The notes beneath the pieces are model-generated. The model had not been told where the DNA came from, did not search any database, and worked only from the letters and a program-made list of their open reading frames with translations. Shown here piece after piece: positions 41,346 through 53,576 of a stretch of DNA of 59,969 bases; positions within the stretch are counted from its first letter, which is position 1, and the number at the start of each line of letters is the position of its first letter. The position numbers and the translations under genes were made by a program. The DNA is from Trichoplax sp. H2 (lineage: Eukaryota). The stretch spans positions 1 through 59,969 of the forward strand of contig NOWV01000296.1 of the NCBI GenBank assembly GCA_003344405.1, read 5' to 3'.

Positions 41346-43592
41346 GATAGCCATTATCATACTCATCGTAGTTAAACGTTGACTAAACATGCAGAAGATT
41401 AGCTTAAATATTTCCTAAAGGTTCATCATGCATCTTTCATAACTAGAATGATCATCGAGTAACGAAAAAATATAATTTTGATCGAAATGCTTGCACTGCA
41501 TTCAAGCAATAATCCAACCGAAAGTAGGCATAAAATTAGATCACTTCCAAAATTAGTTTACTAGCCCACCGAACCGCTAAAAAGGCATGACCATTTATGA
41601 AAGCCTTTCTAGCCCAACGAGAACATCTTTGGTGATTGATTAGGATGAGTTCATGTTAGAAACAAGAAATAAAATCGTAATTCTGAATGATACTTACTGA
41701 ATGCAAATCTCGATATCTCTTCCGGTTTGGCAATAAGATCAATGTGCGTCTTGCATCCACTGCTATTTTTAATGGAGTTTGCGTAGTCTTTATTAACGAT
41801 GGCTTCCAGAGGCTTTTTTGACGTGATAAAATGTCCTCTCTACTCTTTTTATAGCTAGTTACTACCTGTATGAAGCAATAGAGTAATGGAAACAAATGAT
41901 TATTGAATAGAGATGAAGGAGGATCTGCTCATAAATTATTCATGAAGGATTGACATAAGCAAGGGTGGTATAAACTTTCTATAGATTATTGATTCGCTGG
42001 ACTAAAAAAAAGTTCAGGTAGATCTTTATTCAAAGGCTAAGCAAAGAATTTCTTAGATACTTCACCTATCAATGCTAAAATTCTGGTGGATTCGATGATA
42101 TTGCCTTCGAATGTGTAATATTGAAAACTGAATTTTGTAATGCTTATAACTACAGTAGATCTTAAAAGGCATGCTTATTCAAATATTATAATTTATGTAC
42201 TGAAAATGCTCGTTTGCACTTTGCTAATTAAAATTTGAGCAAAGCATTTATGAAATTCGATCAGAACTCTTCCGTTACCTCTCATCTGCTATCTGAGAAT
42301 CTGTTGTAACTGATTTAGGCTCGGTAATTATTTCTTCTTAACATTTATCTAGAAAAAGCTAGTTTCATTCAATGAATAAACAGCCGTCACTAAACTATTT
42401 ATTCCTTCTATTCCATAATTATGCTGCATAATAATTCTTACAGTTTCCCGTATAATAACAGTTTGGTCTAATAGTAATATTTAAAGTACTCAATCTTAAT
42501 AATCAATAAGTTTTTGGGCTAAGATTGTCTATCTTAAAATATCCCACTTCTGTTAAAATGGTAATTTAGCATGGACAGTATCTTTACGATCCTTGAATGT
42601 TATGGAATAAATTCAAGTTAACCGAATAATTTACAGATAATCAAATAAATAAATAGCTCTGGTTTGACTATGAAGTCTCTCTATTTTTTAAAAGTTAAAA
42701 TTTAAATTTATAAGTGTGACAATATATATATTGTACGTTGTCGTAGGCAATATAATATATATTATCGGCATCGTAAGCTAACAAACTGAGGGGTACGAAA
42801 GTACAACAGAAGTATTACACAACTATTCTATCTGATGTTATTCCCATAAAATAATTGTCTCAGGTAGAGAGAATTTTTTAATGGCTTTTTTAGTAGAGTT
42901 TAAAAATATTAAAGCCATAATCAATTAGAAGAAAAATCTAGTTTAAAGAATCCTGAGCTCAGAAAAAGTAAAGCCTGGTCTCCAAGTACATCTTTGCAGT
43001 CTTAAATCCATGTTGTTAAATCTATTTGCGGAAAAAAGTTACCTACAATCAGACTTGAGCTATCAAACATAGGACGTCTCCTCAAACGGATGATCAATCT
43101 GTTTCATAGTGTGAATCAACTAGCTTAAAATATCATTTACTCTTCTATTAATGTACAACACTATAAAGGTACAGGGCATCTTCGCCGTGACAGTACATTA
43201 ATTTATATCGATTTATTTACCATACTTAGAGAACTGGTTAATGTTGGTAATTAACAAGTTCTAATGCAGTAATTAAAAAATTAGTTAATATTAGCATCAC
43301 GATAATATCTATTTTTAGAAATCTAATATTATCAAATGTAACTATTAATAATGCAATCAAATATGGAATGTATTACTATAGAAAGTTTTGAGACAAAGTC
43401 TTCTAAGTGTTAGGTTAGTGGTGTGTGATAGCTACATCTAAATTAATTAGTTTGTTTGATATAGTGCGCTTTATTATACTGTCACCAACTGTTATGAAAA
43501 GATCATGGACGCGACCTTTGTTAACGACATATTTTATGATTAAAAGAATTATAGCAGGGGAAGAAGTCAGAGTTATCTAAGTGCCTTGCTAC

Positions 43593-44689
43593 TGTAGAAA
43601 AGGACTAAAAGTAGAGTCCTTTATACCTTTAAAATGTAACTAGTATTATTTTACTGTAGAAAATACCTAGACAGTGATAGTGTCTTTAAGTTTTACCCTG
43701 CCAAATCATCATGTCGCCATCTTTTCTTCTTCATTATTTTACAATAGATTACTATAGTAATAGCCCAAAGTAATCGCCTAATCTAAAGTAAGGGCATTTG
43801 ATAGCCTATTCAAATTGTAAATGAATTTGACATAGTAACAAAACCCTATCCACAGAGAAAGGGGATTAATAACATGACGGTAAAGTACTGTAATAATGTA
43901 GTCTATAATCGTACAGTTACCGTACAACTTGACGTTAAAACATCAACTGTTAATTCTAAGCGATACTAATGTCAGAAAAGTAGTCGTAGCAGTCATATAA
44001 AATTTCTTGATAAGCGATTACTATGATCTGTATCATGTCCGGATTTTTGGGATTCGGATTCCGGAACCGGTCGGATTTATGTCCGATATAATTTTTCTGT
44101 ATTAATTTATCTGTTATAATTTTTCTGTATTAATTTATCTGTTTTAGTTTTTTGTTTTAATTTTAGGATTTAGCTTACAGAATCCGAAAACTATATCGGA
44201 CACAAATCCGGAAAAATTCGCTTTTTATGAAGATCACAGTAATCGCTTATCAAAAAAAATTTATATGACTACTACGACTACTTTTCTGACATTAATATCG
44301 CTTAGTATTCGCGAGTATTGACAGTTGACGTTTTAGCGTCAGATTGTACTGTAACTGTACGAGTATAGACTACATTACAGTACTTTATCGTCATGTTATA
44401 AATCCCCTTTCTCTAAGGATAGGGTTTTGCTACTAAGTCAAATTTCTTTACAATTTGAATAGACGATCAAACGCCCTTTCTTTAGATTAGGCATTTGCTC
44501 TATAGGGCTACTTCTATAGTAATCTATATAATACCTTGCAAAATAATGAAGAAGAAAAGATGGCGACATGATGATTTGGCAGGGGAAAACTTAAAGACAC
44601 TATCACTTTCTAGGTATTTTCTATAGTAAAATAATACTAATTACATACTAAAAACTACAAAGGACTCTACTTTTAGTCCTTTTACTACA
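43593..44689. mobile_element. Foldback/MITE-like element, ~1.1 kb, with ~440-bp imperfect terminal inverted repeats
   Basis: The left arm 43593-44029 (tgtagaaaaggactaaaagtagagtcct...ccctgccaaatcatcatgtcgccatcttttcttcttcattattt...gataagcgattactatgatct) is the reverse complement of the right arm 44231-44689. A nested inverted repeat (44072-44096 / 44187-44210) surrounds a 28-bp direct repeat x2. No ORF and no clear target-site duplication. Confidence 0.8.
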
Positions 44690-44692
44690 CTG

Positions 44693-46892
44693 GTAATGGT
44701 GCAACAACCCGATCCTTTGGAAAGTAATTTTTATATCTGCCAATTAACCATAATTGTAGCAGTGCTAATCTAATAATTAAATAAAACTTTATTTATGACT
44801 TTACATAGATAATAAATTGAAATTTCTTAGATTCATATGAATTAGCGATAAATTCATGCAATAAATTTAACACATTTCATTGGATATTATTAATAGTGAA
44901 ATCGTATACAATAACTCCCGATCGATTTATTATTAAAAACAAATATAATCAGCAAGTTTTTCTAGGTATAGAAGGTAAATAGCTAGATCTTCATCTAATA
45001 TATATTATAAAGCTGTTGATAAAGTGAACAATCCTTTTGATTGCTACCGTAATCATGAAAGAAAGTCTAATTACTGAAAGTAATTATTAATTTTCCAAAT
45101 TTATAACAATTTATAGAGGGTGAACCTAGGCAAGCATTAGAATTTTTTAAGCCTATAACGTTGAGGACTTATGATGGAATCGGGCGGGAAGTATTTAAAG
45201 TCCATCGTGGTCCATTACCAGCACACTTATGTTGTTATTGCTTGTCAACATCTGCGCGTATGCGGATGCAACTTACCTTCGAATCGCCATCCGGTACTCC
45301 GCTCTATTTACTTCGGCCGTAAGTAGAAAAGCCAAATTCTAACCCTTCCTAATATTTGTATTTCTACTTCTGCATGATATGTTATGAATAATCTCCGCTA
45401 ACATCAAACTAAGTATAAAACTTAACTAAACAGAAGATAGCGAGACTTCTTGTCATGAATCATAAGTACTTATTAAGTAATTTAAAAATTCTGTTCTTGT
45501 ACGTAACGTTCGAACTAGCTATAACGCTCATTACTCATAACCAACATGAATGAAAAAAATTATTTAAAAGTTATATATAAACATAAAGGGAATGTCTTCG
45601 TGAAGCCCCCTCCTACGGAAGCTTATTTTGAGGCAAGACAAATAATAATGATCGCTCATCTTTGCTGCAAACATACGTACACACTCCAATAAAAACTTAA
45701 ACTTATTTAATTCTTTAGCGTATCTAACGTATTTAGGTCGCCATTAGATGAAAATCATCAATTTAGATAGGAATTTTAATCCAAGTTAATAATTTTGTTA
45801 ACTTTATTCCATTGATATTCCATAGATATTCGATTGCATAAAGAATACTAAAATTGGTATGATGACGAAAGAGTGGTTTGGTTATGAAGCCTTGTCTCAT
45901 GAGCATAATCTTGAAATTAATTGTAAGTTGCTTACAACAAGTAATTCTTTATATGACAATAAATTGAATTCTGAGATATAAAATTAGAAATTAATTGTAA
46001 GTAGCTTTCAACAAGTGATTCCTTGTATAACAATAAATTGAATTCTGAGATATCAATATTACATCTGTAACACATTTAAATGTTATGTTCAGTTAATCAA
46101 ATGAGATAGACAATTGAGGAGTCAATCAATTTTATAGCAATTAGTGCCGGGAACATGATTAGTTGTGAAAGACACGAGTGCATGTAGAAAGATTGCAATA
46201 GAACTGAATTCTTAACAGTCGATGATACTGCTTATATAGCTTCAAAGCTACAGTATTAAAAATATACTATACAAGGAATGGCAATACAAGTAAAAGGATT
46301 AATGTACCATAACAGAAAATGTTTGATATACCATACGCTACTTCTCAGTTAAGGCGAAGTGAACGTTAGCGAAAGCTAATACTAAAATGCTATATTTACC
46401 GATTAAGCGAGGAATATTGTATCTATTTTTTAAGTTAGAGTTGCTAATCGTGTAATTTTCAACTGGTAAAACCTCTGATAGCATGAATTCAATTATTATA
46501 TATCAAAACCATAAATAAATTACAATATTTTAGTTCCTATCGACTTGGCCCCAGTACTGAAAGCTTGTATTATTGCAATTGGCATGCTTTATGTAAGTTT
46601 GTAATATTTAATACCCCAGTCAGTACTGCAATAACGATTTTTTAATATCATTACTAAATTATTCGGAACAAGACCCAGTTAAGCAGAGTAATTATTTTCT
46701 ATAGAAGTCCTAATATTCCCGTCTCACTATAAATATTGATTTAAGAGTCTTCATAGAATTGCTAGAATTTAAGTGATAGATTATATCATTCTTTACCTTT
46801 TTGTCATTTTCTTTTAGGATATTTATTATTTTGATTGCGTGTCCGAACACCGAAACCGTATAGTAGCACGTAAATTGGGTAAGAAAATTTAA
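44693..46892 (+). pseudogene. Phospholipid scramblase-like pseudogene, copy A (5'-truncated)
   Basis: It starts mid-exon 2 (VMVQQPDPLE) immediately after the foldback element. Later exons are recognisable (KPITLRTYDGIGREVFKVHR...LCCYC...ESPSGT; IGMMTKEWFG; FPIDLAPVLKACIIAIGMLY; DIYYFD). Exon 5 has a lost acceptor, an apparent 1-nt deletion and a GC donor. Confidence 0.85.
45913..46060. repeat. 75-bp tandem duplication x2 that includes a splice donor of scramblase copy A
   Basis: gaaattaattgtaagt.gctt.caacaagt.attc.tt.tat.acaataaattgaattctgagatat occurs at 45913 and 45988. Confidence 0.8.
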
Positions 46893-49088
46893 ATTCGGTT
46901 CATTATAATTATAATTATCAAAGGTCGTTAGGAAGTATCACGATATATATCAATGTCTGCAATTTCTAGTTTGGGCCATATAATGAGAATCTATTTTACT
47001 TAATAGACATAAAGTATAAATAGTTGCTTAACGATATCTTTCATAATAATAGAACCAAGATAAAATTTCGAATAATAATCTATTTTTGTAAAGCAATTCA
47101 AGTGCCAGGGTTAGCAAAAAAATAATGACTGTAATCCTAGAATCAATTTTTAATTGCTGCTATGCTTTGTAGTTTATGGTTTGTGCCTGTGAATAAATAT
47201 TGCGTAGAGAATTTATCTAAACTGGTACGGCATCTTCTCATGTGATAGTTTATCTGCAATAAAATCAAGAAAATTTAACATAAATAAATGAATAAGTAAA
47301 ATAGCAATACTGTTTCAAACGATATACACATACAACAGAATGATTTGTAAATCGGGGAGACATATCTTGTAAAGCCCAAAAAAATGTAAATATGACGTAC
47401 TAGATGATCTATTTAATTCAGGTAGCACTCTCTATATGACATTATTTTTAATATTTGTACAGTATATGTAGCTAGCGTAGCATAGCCATTGAAATAAAAT
47501 GTAAAATTCCATTTTATGCTTTGTTATTTCAGACTATCAGTTTTCTTTGCTCTACATTATTTCTTTCTTTAAACCTACGCACTAAACTAAATTGCTTTCT
47601 ATTTTCTACGCTACACAATATTCAGTATTTATTTCCGATTGTCTTAGTGAAATAAATGTTTATACACCATAAGCAAGAACTTAGTTAAGTAGAATAGCGA
47701 CAAGAATATGGTAAATGTTACGATAAATTGCAGTATTTACAGCCAACCAATTTAAATAGACTAAGTAAAATACAACGACGATATAAAGGGTTAGTTGTAA
47801 TAATTAATTAACGCAAAATTCTTTGATACTGAAGTAATGATGAGTATCATTCTGTACCTTAATATATTAGTAAGACTTTACTGTTCTCTGTTCATTATCA
47901 CTACATGGTAGAAGGGGATAAGTGATGCTGGAGGTCGGTTAAGAAAATATTAGTTAAAAAGGAACTTTAGTGCAGTGTATGAATGGAACTTTAGTTAGAG
48001 TACCTAAAACAATCATTAAATACTGCTTATAGACCGCCAGATCTAGGCATTTACTGACTCATAAATCATGTAAAAACAAGATTTTAAACAAAATAAACGC
48101 ATTGTAGTTGACTAAATATTGTACAGAATCATCAAATGATCATTTCTACAAGGGATTAGGCTAACTCGAACAAAAAATTCATTTAGTTCTTAGATATACT
48201 GTATTATATACACGGCATAATTCTGCAATATTAAGAATTAGGTTGTAGTTTTCGCAATTGTTCATTGCTACTGGAACCCAACATGAATAGCTGCTGGGAT
48301 ACTAATGCCCTGTTAGCCCATCTTTCTGATAGCGTGTGAATTCAAACAATTTCAGTCAGTTCGGTTCAGACCTGTAGTGAAAAATACTCTTTACAGATCA
48401 TTTCTTCTACAGAGTACAGTACAAGTAAAAAATTTTCGATCATTCTTGTCTCCCTTTTGGATAAAAATTAGCCAAAACAAAATTTTACTCAATCGTCACT
48501 CTGCTTCCATTAATGAATAAGTAATTTTCTTTTAATAATTTCTCCACCTGTATCAACATAAAACTCATTCCACTTATAGGAAAATGGGTTATAATAAGTA
48601 GGAAGATTCATAGATGTCTTTTAATTTTAATTTGAAGATTTCACTGGACTTGTTCTTGATATAGATTGCACTCTACTTATACTGTTCGTACAACACCTTA
48701 TAGAACTTAATATTCGATTTAGATTTTGCTTAAATGATGGAACTTGTACAAGCAGCGACAAGTCTCAGATATTACCATATCACCGATTAAGGTTATTAGT
48801 AAGATAATTAGTTGCTATACTGTACATTATATCTTTTTTAACTTATTCGACCCGAATTCTGTCTCAAATAACACTAATCTACTAAAGATTCTTCTGTAGT
48901 TTACGCCGTTCTACAGCCTATAGGGCTTCGATGATTTAAAACACTAAAGCCATGAGAAATCGTCACTTTAATTTCCATGATTAAATTAACATCAGCCAAA
49001 AAGAAAAGTATTTATTGTAGTAACGTAAGGGTAATTAAGATACTTATAGTGAATAGATTTTATAATAATCATTGTGTTTGTAGAAAAC

Positions 49089-49246
49089 TAGCTGCTGTCA
49101 CATACCATGTCTTGCCAAGGATCCACACTTATGAATCATCTTACAACAGCATTTATGACTATTACTTAGCTGCTGTCACATATCATGCCTTACCAAATAT
49201 ACACACTTATGAATCATCTCACAACAGCATTTATGACTATTACTTA
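49089..49246. repeat. 78-bp tandem repeat x2 (paralogous copy at ~53064-53215)
   Basis: tagctgctgtcacata.catg.ctt.ccaa.at.cacacttatgaatcatct.acaacagcatttatgactattact occurs at 49089 and 49167. Confidence 0.85.
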
Positions 49247-49793
49247 TGCATTAACGGTCCATATTGAAATACATTTTACAGTAATGGTAAAGACAATGCA
49301 ACGTAATATGCAAGAATGTACACGTAGAAACACACTGATGTAATTAAAATTTATTTTGAAGAAATGTATCATAATGAGTTAATGTAAGGTAACTAAATAG
49401 ATGGCTAGAAGAAAGAATGGTAATTGTTGTGTTGATACATTGCCAGTTCGCAATTTAATAAAATTATATTTATCGGAATAAAACCGATTTGTATTTCTTT
49501 GAATGAATAGATTTTAAGTAATTTAAGGCCCTATTTATATAATTTTCAAAACAGTATGCTTAATAAACCCTTATGTAGTAGAAAGTACATCTCTGTCGTT
49601 TATAACTTATGGCAATATAGATCTTAACATATTATGTATTTGCTATCGCGCAAAGTGTTAGGTTTGCATTTATTAATTATCAAAGATTGCCATTTAATAC
49701 TCGCTAATTCATACATAGGTAATAATTATTTCTTTAAGTAACACCGAAACAGAGTAATAAGCCAATTATTACATTAGCCAGCTAAAGGTATTG

Positions 49794-51435
49794 ATGGTAG
49801 AAGCTTCTTTAACAGAATAGCCACAACCTTGTGGAAATAATTTATTACTGGTTGGAAGCAAGCAATCCCCGTCGGGTTCAGAAACTCTCCTACAGTAACC
49901 AGTATATGAAGTGCGATATCGCGATCATCATACCCAGTTATTATTCCCGTAACTCATCAACCAGGTATTAGAAAACGCATAGCTTACAATCCAGTCATTA
50001 CTTCAGTTTTTTATCATATAATGATCTACCATTATTGATGCTAAAGGATCGGAGCCTGCAAATACTGTTTCATGGATGCCTCCAGCTCAACAGACACAGG
50101 ATAGTCCACCTGGACTAGAATATTTAATAAATCTTGATAAAGTCCTAATAAAACAATAACCCGATCTTTTATAAAGTAATTTTTCTATATGTTAATACAG
50201 AAATATCTATACAGTGATAATCTGATAAAGAATTGAAATTTTGTAACAGCTATAAGAAAATGTTGTAGCAAAATGTAGTACATTAAAACTTTAGAGATAG
50301 CAATAAATAGCTATGAATTAAACAATTTTTACGGAATGTTTTTAACAGTGAAATCTTACACGATAACGCCCGATCGATTCATTATAAAGAATAAATATGA
50401 TCAGCAAGTTTTTCTAGGCGTAGAAGGTAAGGCAATAGCTTTTTTTTAACTATGTATATTACTGATAGATAAGATAGTGAACTAAAACATCATTTTGGAT
50501 CATAATCAAAAATATATAATACTTATATAACGTTATTTCGCTCTAGTAAATTGCTTAATCCTGATCGTGATTCTGACCGTCTGAAATTTTATATTTTAAG
50601 TAATTGATTATCGTTTAGAAATGCATTCTATTATCTACTATTTTTCTGAATTTCACAACAATTTTTAGAGGGCGAACCTCGGAAAACATTAGATATTTAC
50701 AGGCTAATTAATTTGACGGCTTATGACCGAATCGAACGAGAAGCATTTAAAGTCTATCATGGATCTCTACCAGTATACACGCTTTGTTTATATAGCGAAT
50801 CAAGTTCTGTAAAGATTCGGCTTACTTTCGAATCAGCATCGGGCACTCTACTCTATTATCTATGGCCATAGGTAATAAAATTACAATTTACTTTAATATT
50901 TGCCATTTTTCTTCTGCTTAGTCTATAAATTATGCTGTTAGAAATCAGAATATAAAAGTGAAAGTTAGTAAATAAAAAAAGGCATACAAGGCTTATTGTC
51001 ATCAACTCTCCTAGTTTACGTCTATGTTTATCTTAAAATTTTGTTCCACTTAGCCTGAAATCTAAGAACTGGTTTTAAAGGTCATTACTATATGACTGAC
51101 ATAAACGGAAAATATTACGTAAAGGTTATAAGTAAAATCAAAAGGAAGCAGTTCTTAGAACCTCCACCTACAGAACTTAATTTTGATGTAAGAGAAAGAC
51201 GACGAATAGCTACTTTAACAGCTGATATAAACATCAGCTGTGTAAGTCGGATTACAACCTCAATCCATTTTAATCTATTTCGTATCTAATTCATCTGGGT
51301 CTCAATTTGTTATGTATTAATTGTCATTTTAAGTCAGATTTAATTGCAATTTATTTCGCGAATCTTACTAACATAATTACAATCGACTTAGCCCCAGAAC
51401 TGAAAGCTTGCATCATTGCATTGGGCATGCTGTAT
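49794..51435 (+). pseudogene. Phospholipid scramblase-like pseudogene, copy B
   Basis: Colinear with copy C, but has TAG at codon 9 (49818-49820), TAA at 50157-50159, a lost exon-4 donor, exon 6 deleted (intron 5 joins into exon 7 near 51375), exon-7 donor GT>CT and no final exon. Confidence 0.88.
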
Positions 51436-53576
51436 CTAAGTTTATAGATAACAATCTTGATACGATAGTTTTTTTAATATTTGCGCGGTATACTGTATGT
51501 AGCATGGCATAGCCATTAAAGTAAATGTAAAATTCCCATTTATTTGCACCTACGCTCTAAACTAAATTGCTTTCTATTTTCTACGTTACACAATATTCAG
51601 TATTTATTTCCGATTTACTAGGTGAAATAAACGTTTATACGCCATAACTAAGAACTTAGTAAATTATAATAGCGATAAGAATATAGTTAACTGTTACAAT
51701 AAATAACACTGTTTACAGTTGAAAAATCAAAATAGACTAAGTCAAACATGATGGCGATATAAAGGGTTAGTTTTAATAATTAATTAACACAAGTATTCTA
51801 TAACATAGAAATAATAATATTTAGTCTCATTTTGTGTCTTAATATATAAGACTTAGCTATTCTTTGTTCATCATCACTACATGGTAGTAGGGGATAGCTG
51901 CTGTTGGAGGTTGGTTAATAAATAGTAATTAAAAACGAACTTTACTGAAGTATATGATTGGAATCATAGTCGGAGTACCAAAAACAATCAGTAAATACTG
52001 CTTATAGATCGACATAGCTAGGCATTTACGGAGTCATAAATCATGTAAAAGCGAGATTACAAACAAAATAAACGTGTTGTAGTGGACTAAATATTGTAAA
52101 GAACCCTTAGATGATCATTTCTACAGGATGTTAGGCTAACTCAAACCAAATTTAAACTACTTTTTAGATATACAGTATACTGTATTACATATACATCATA
52201 ATTCTGCTATATTATGAATTAGCTAGTAGTATTCACAACTGTTCATTCCTACTGGTAACCAACATGAATAGCTCCTGGGGTACGGGTGCTTTTTTAGCAT
52301 CATTTCTGATAGCGTGTGAATTTAACCAATTTCAATCAGTTTCGATCAGCCCTGCATTGAAAAATACTCGTTATGATCATTTTTCTGCTGCAGAGTATAA
52401 GTAATAAAAAATTTCGATTATTCTTGTCTCCCTATAGGATAACAATTAGCCAGAGCATAATTCTAACTAATGGTCACTCAGCTTTCATCAAGGAATAATT
52501 AATTTTCTTTTAATAAATTCTCCACCTGTATCAACATAAAATTCATTTTGCATAATAGAAAATAGTCTTAATTAGTAGAAAGAGACATTGATGTCTTTTA
52601 AATTAAATATAAAGATTTAGCTTTATTTGTCCTTGATATAGATTGCATTCTACATATGCGTATAACTCACAATAGAATTTAATATTCGATTTAAATTTTG
52701 CTTAAATGATGGAAGTTGTACAAGCAACGACAATTCTCAAATATCGCTGCTATATCATCGATTAAGGTTATTGGTAAGGTAGATAGCTTCAATACATTAC
52801 ATCTTTTTTAACCTACTCGACTCGAATTCTGTCTCTAGTAACACTAACCTACTGAAGATTCTTTAGTCGTTTACACCGTTCTATAGCCTAAAGGCCTTTC
52901 CTGATCTAAAGTATGCAATAAAGCCATAAGAATACGTCGCGTTAATTTCCATCATTAAATTACCATTAGCCGATAAGAAAAGTAATTTTATTGTAGTAAT
53001 GTAACGGTAATCAAGACAACTATGGTGAATAGATTTTACAATAATTGGCGAGCTTGTAGGAAACTAGCTGCAGCCGCATACCAGGTCTTGTCAAGGATCC
53101 ACACATATAAATCATCTTACAACAGTATCCATGACTATTACTTAGATGCTGCCACATATCATGCCTTGACAAGGATCTACACTTCTGAATCATGTTATCG
53201 TAGCAATTATGACTTCTAGTCGAGTTCCCGTTCAAATAAACGGGAACGTATACTACACAACACATTATACTGGACAAAATTCAGAGCTAGATTCTTAGAT
53301 TATGTAAGAATCCCTTCATAATTCAATATCAAAATTTTTTTTTAAGAAACCGTTATGCAGTCGAGAATACATCTCTCGCCGTTTATAACTTAGGGCAATA
53401 TAGATCTTAACATATTATATATTTGCTATCGCGTATGGTATCAAGTTTGTACATATTGATTGTCAAAGATTGCTATTTAATACTCACTAATTCATACGTA
53501 GGTAATAATCATTTTTGCGAGTGACACCAAAACAGAGCACTAAGTGGATTATTACCTTAGCCAGCTAAAGTTATTT

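Noticed and set aside
49089..49246. CRISPR-like array
   Set aside because: Eukaryotic context, only two contiguous units, no unique spacers and no cas genes.
48977..49267. ORF with a 26-aa repeat (also 53022-53219)
   Set aside because: Explained by a 78-bp DNA tandem repeat in duplicated upstream DNA, and the ORF boundaries differ between the two copies.
53214..53247. gttcccgtt...aacgggaac hairpin next to CTAG as a Helitron 3' end or terminator
   Set aside because: Spacing and flanking base do not fit the Helitron consensus well, and no other element features are present.
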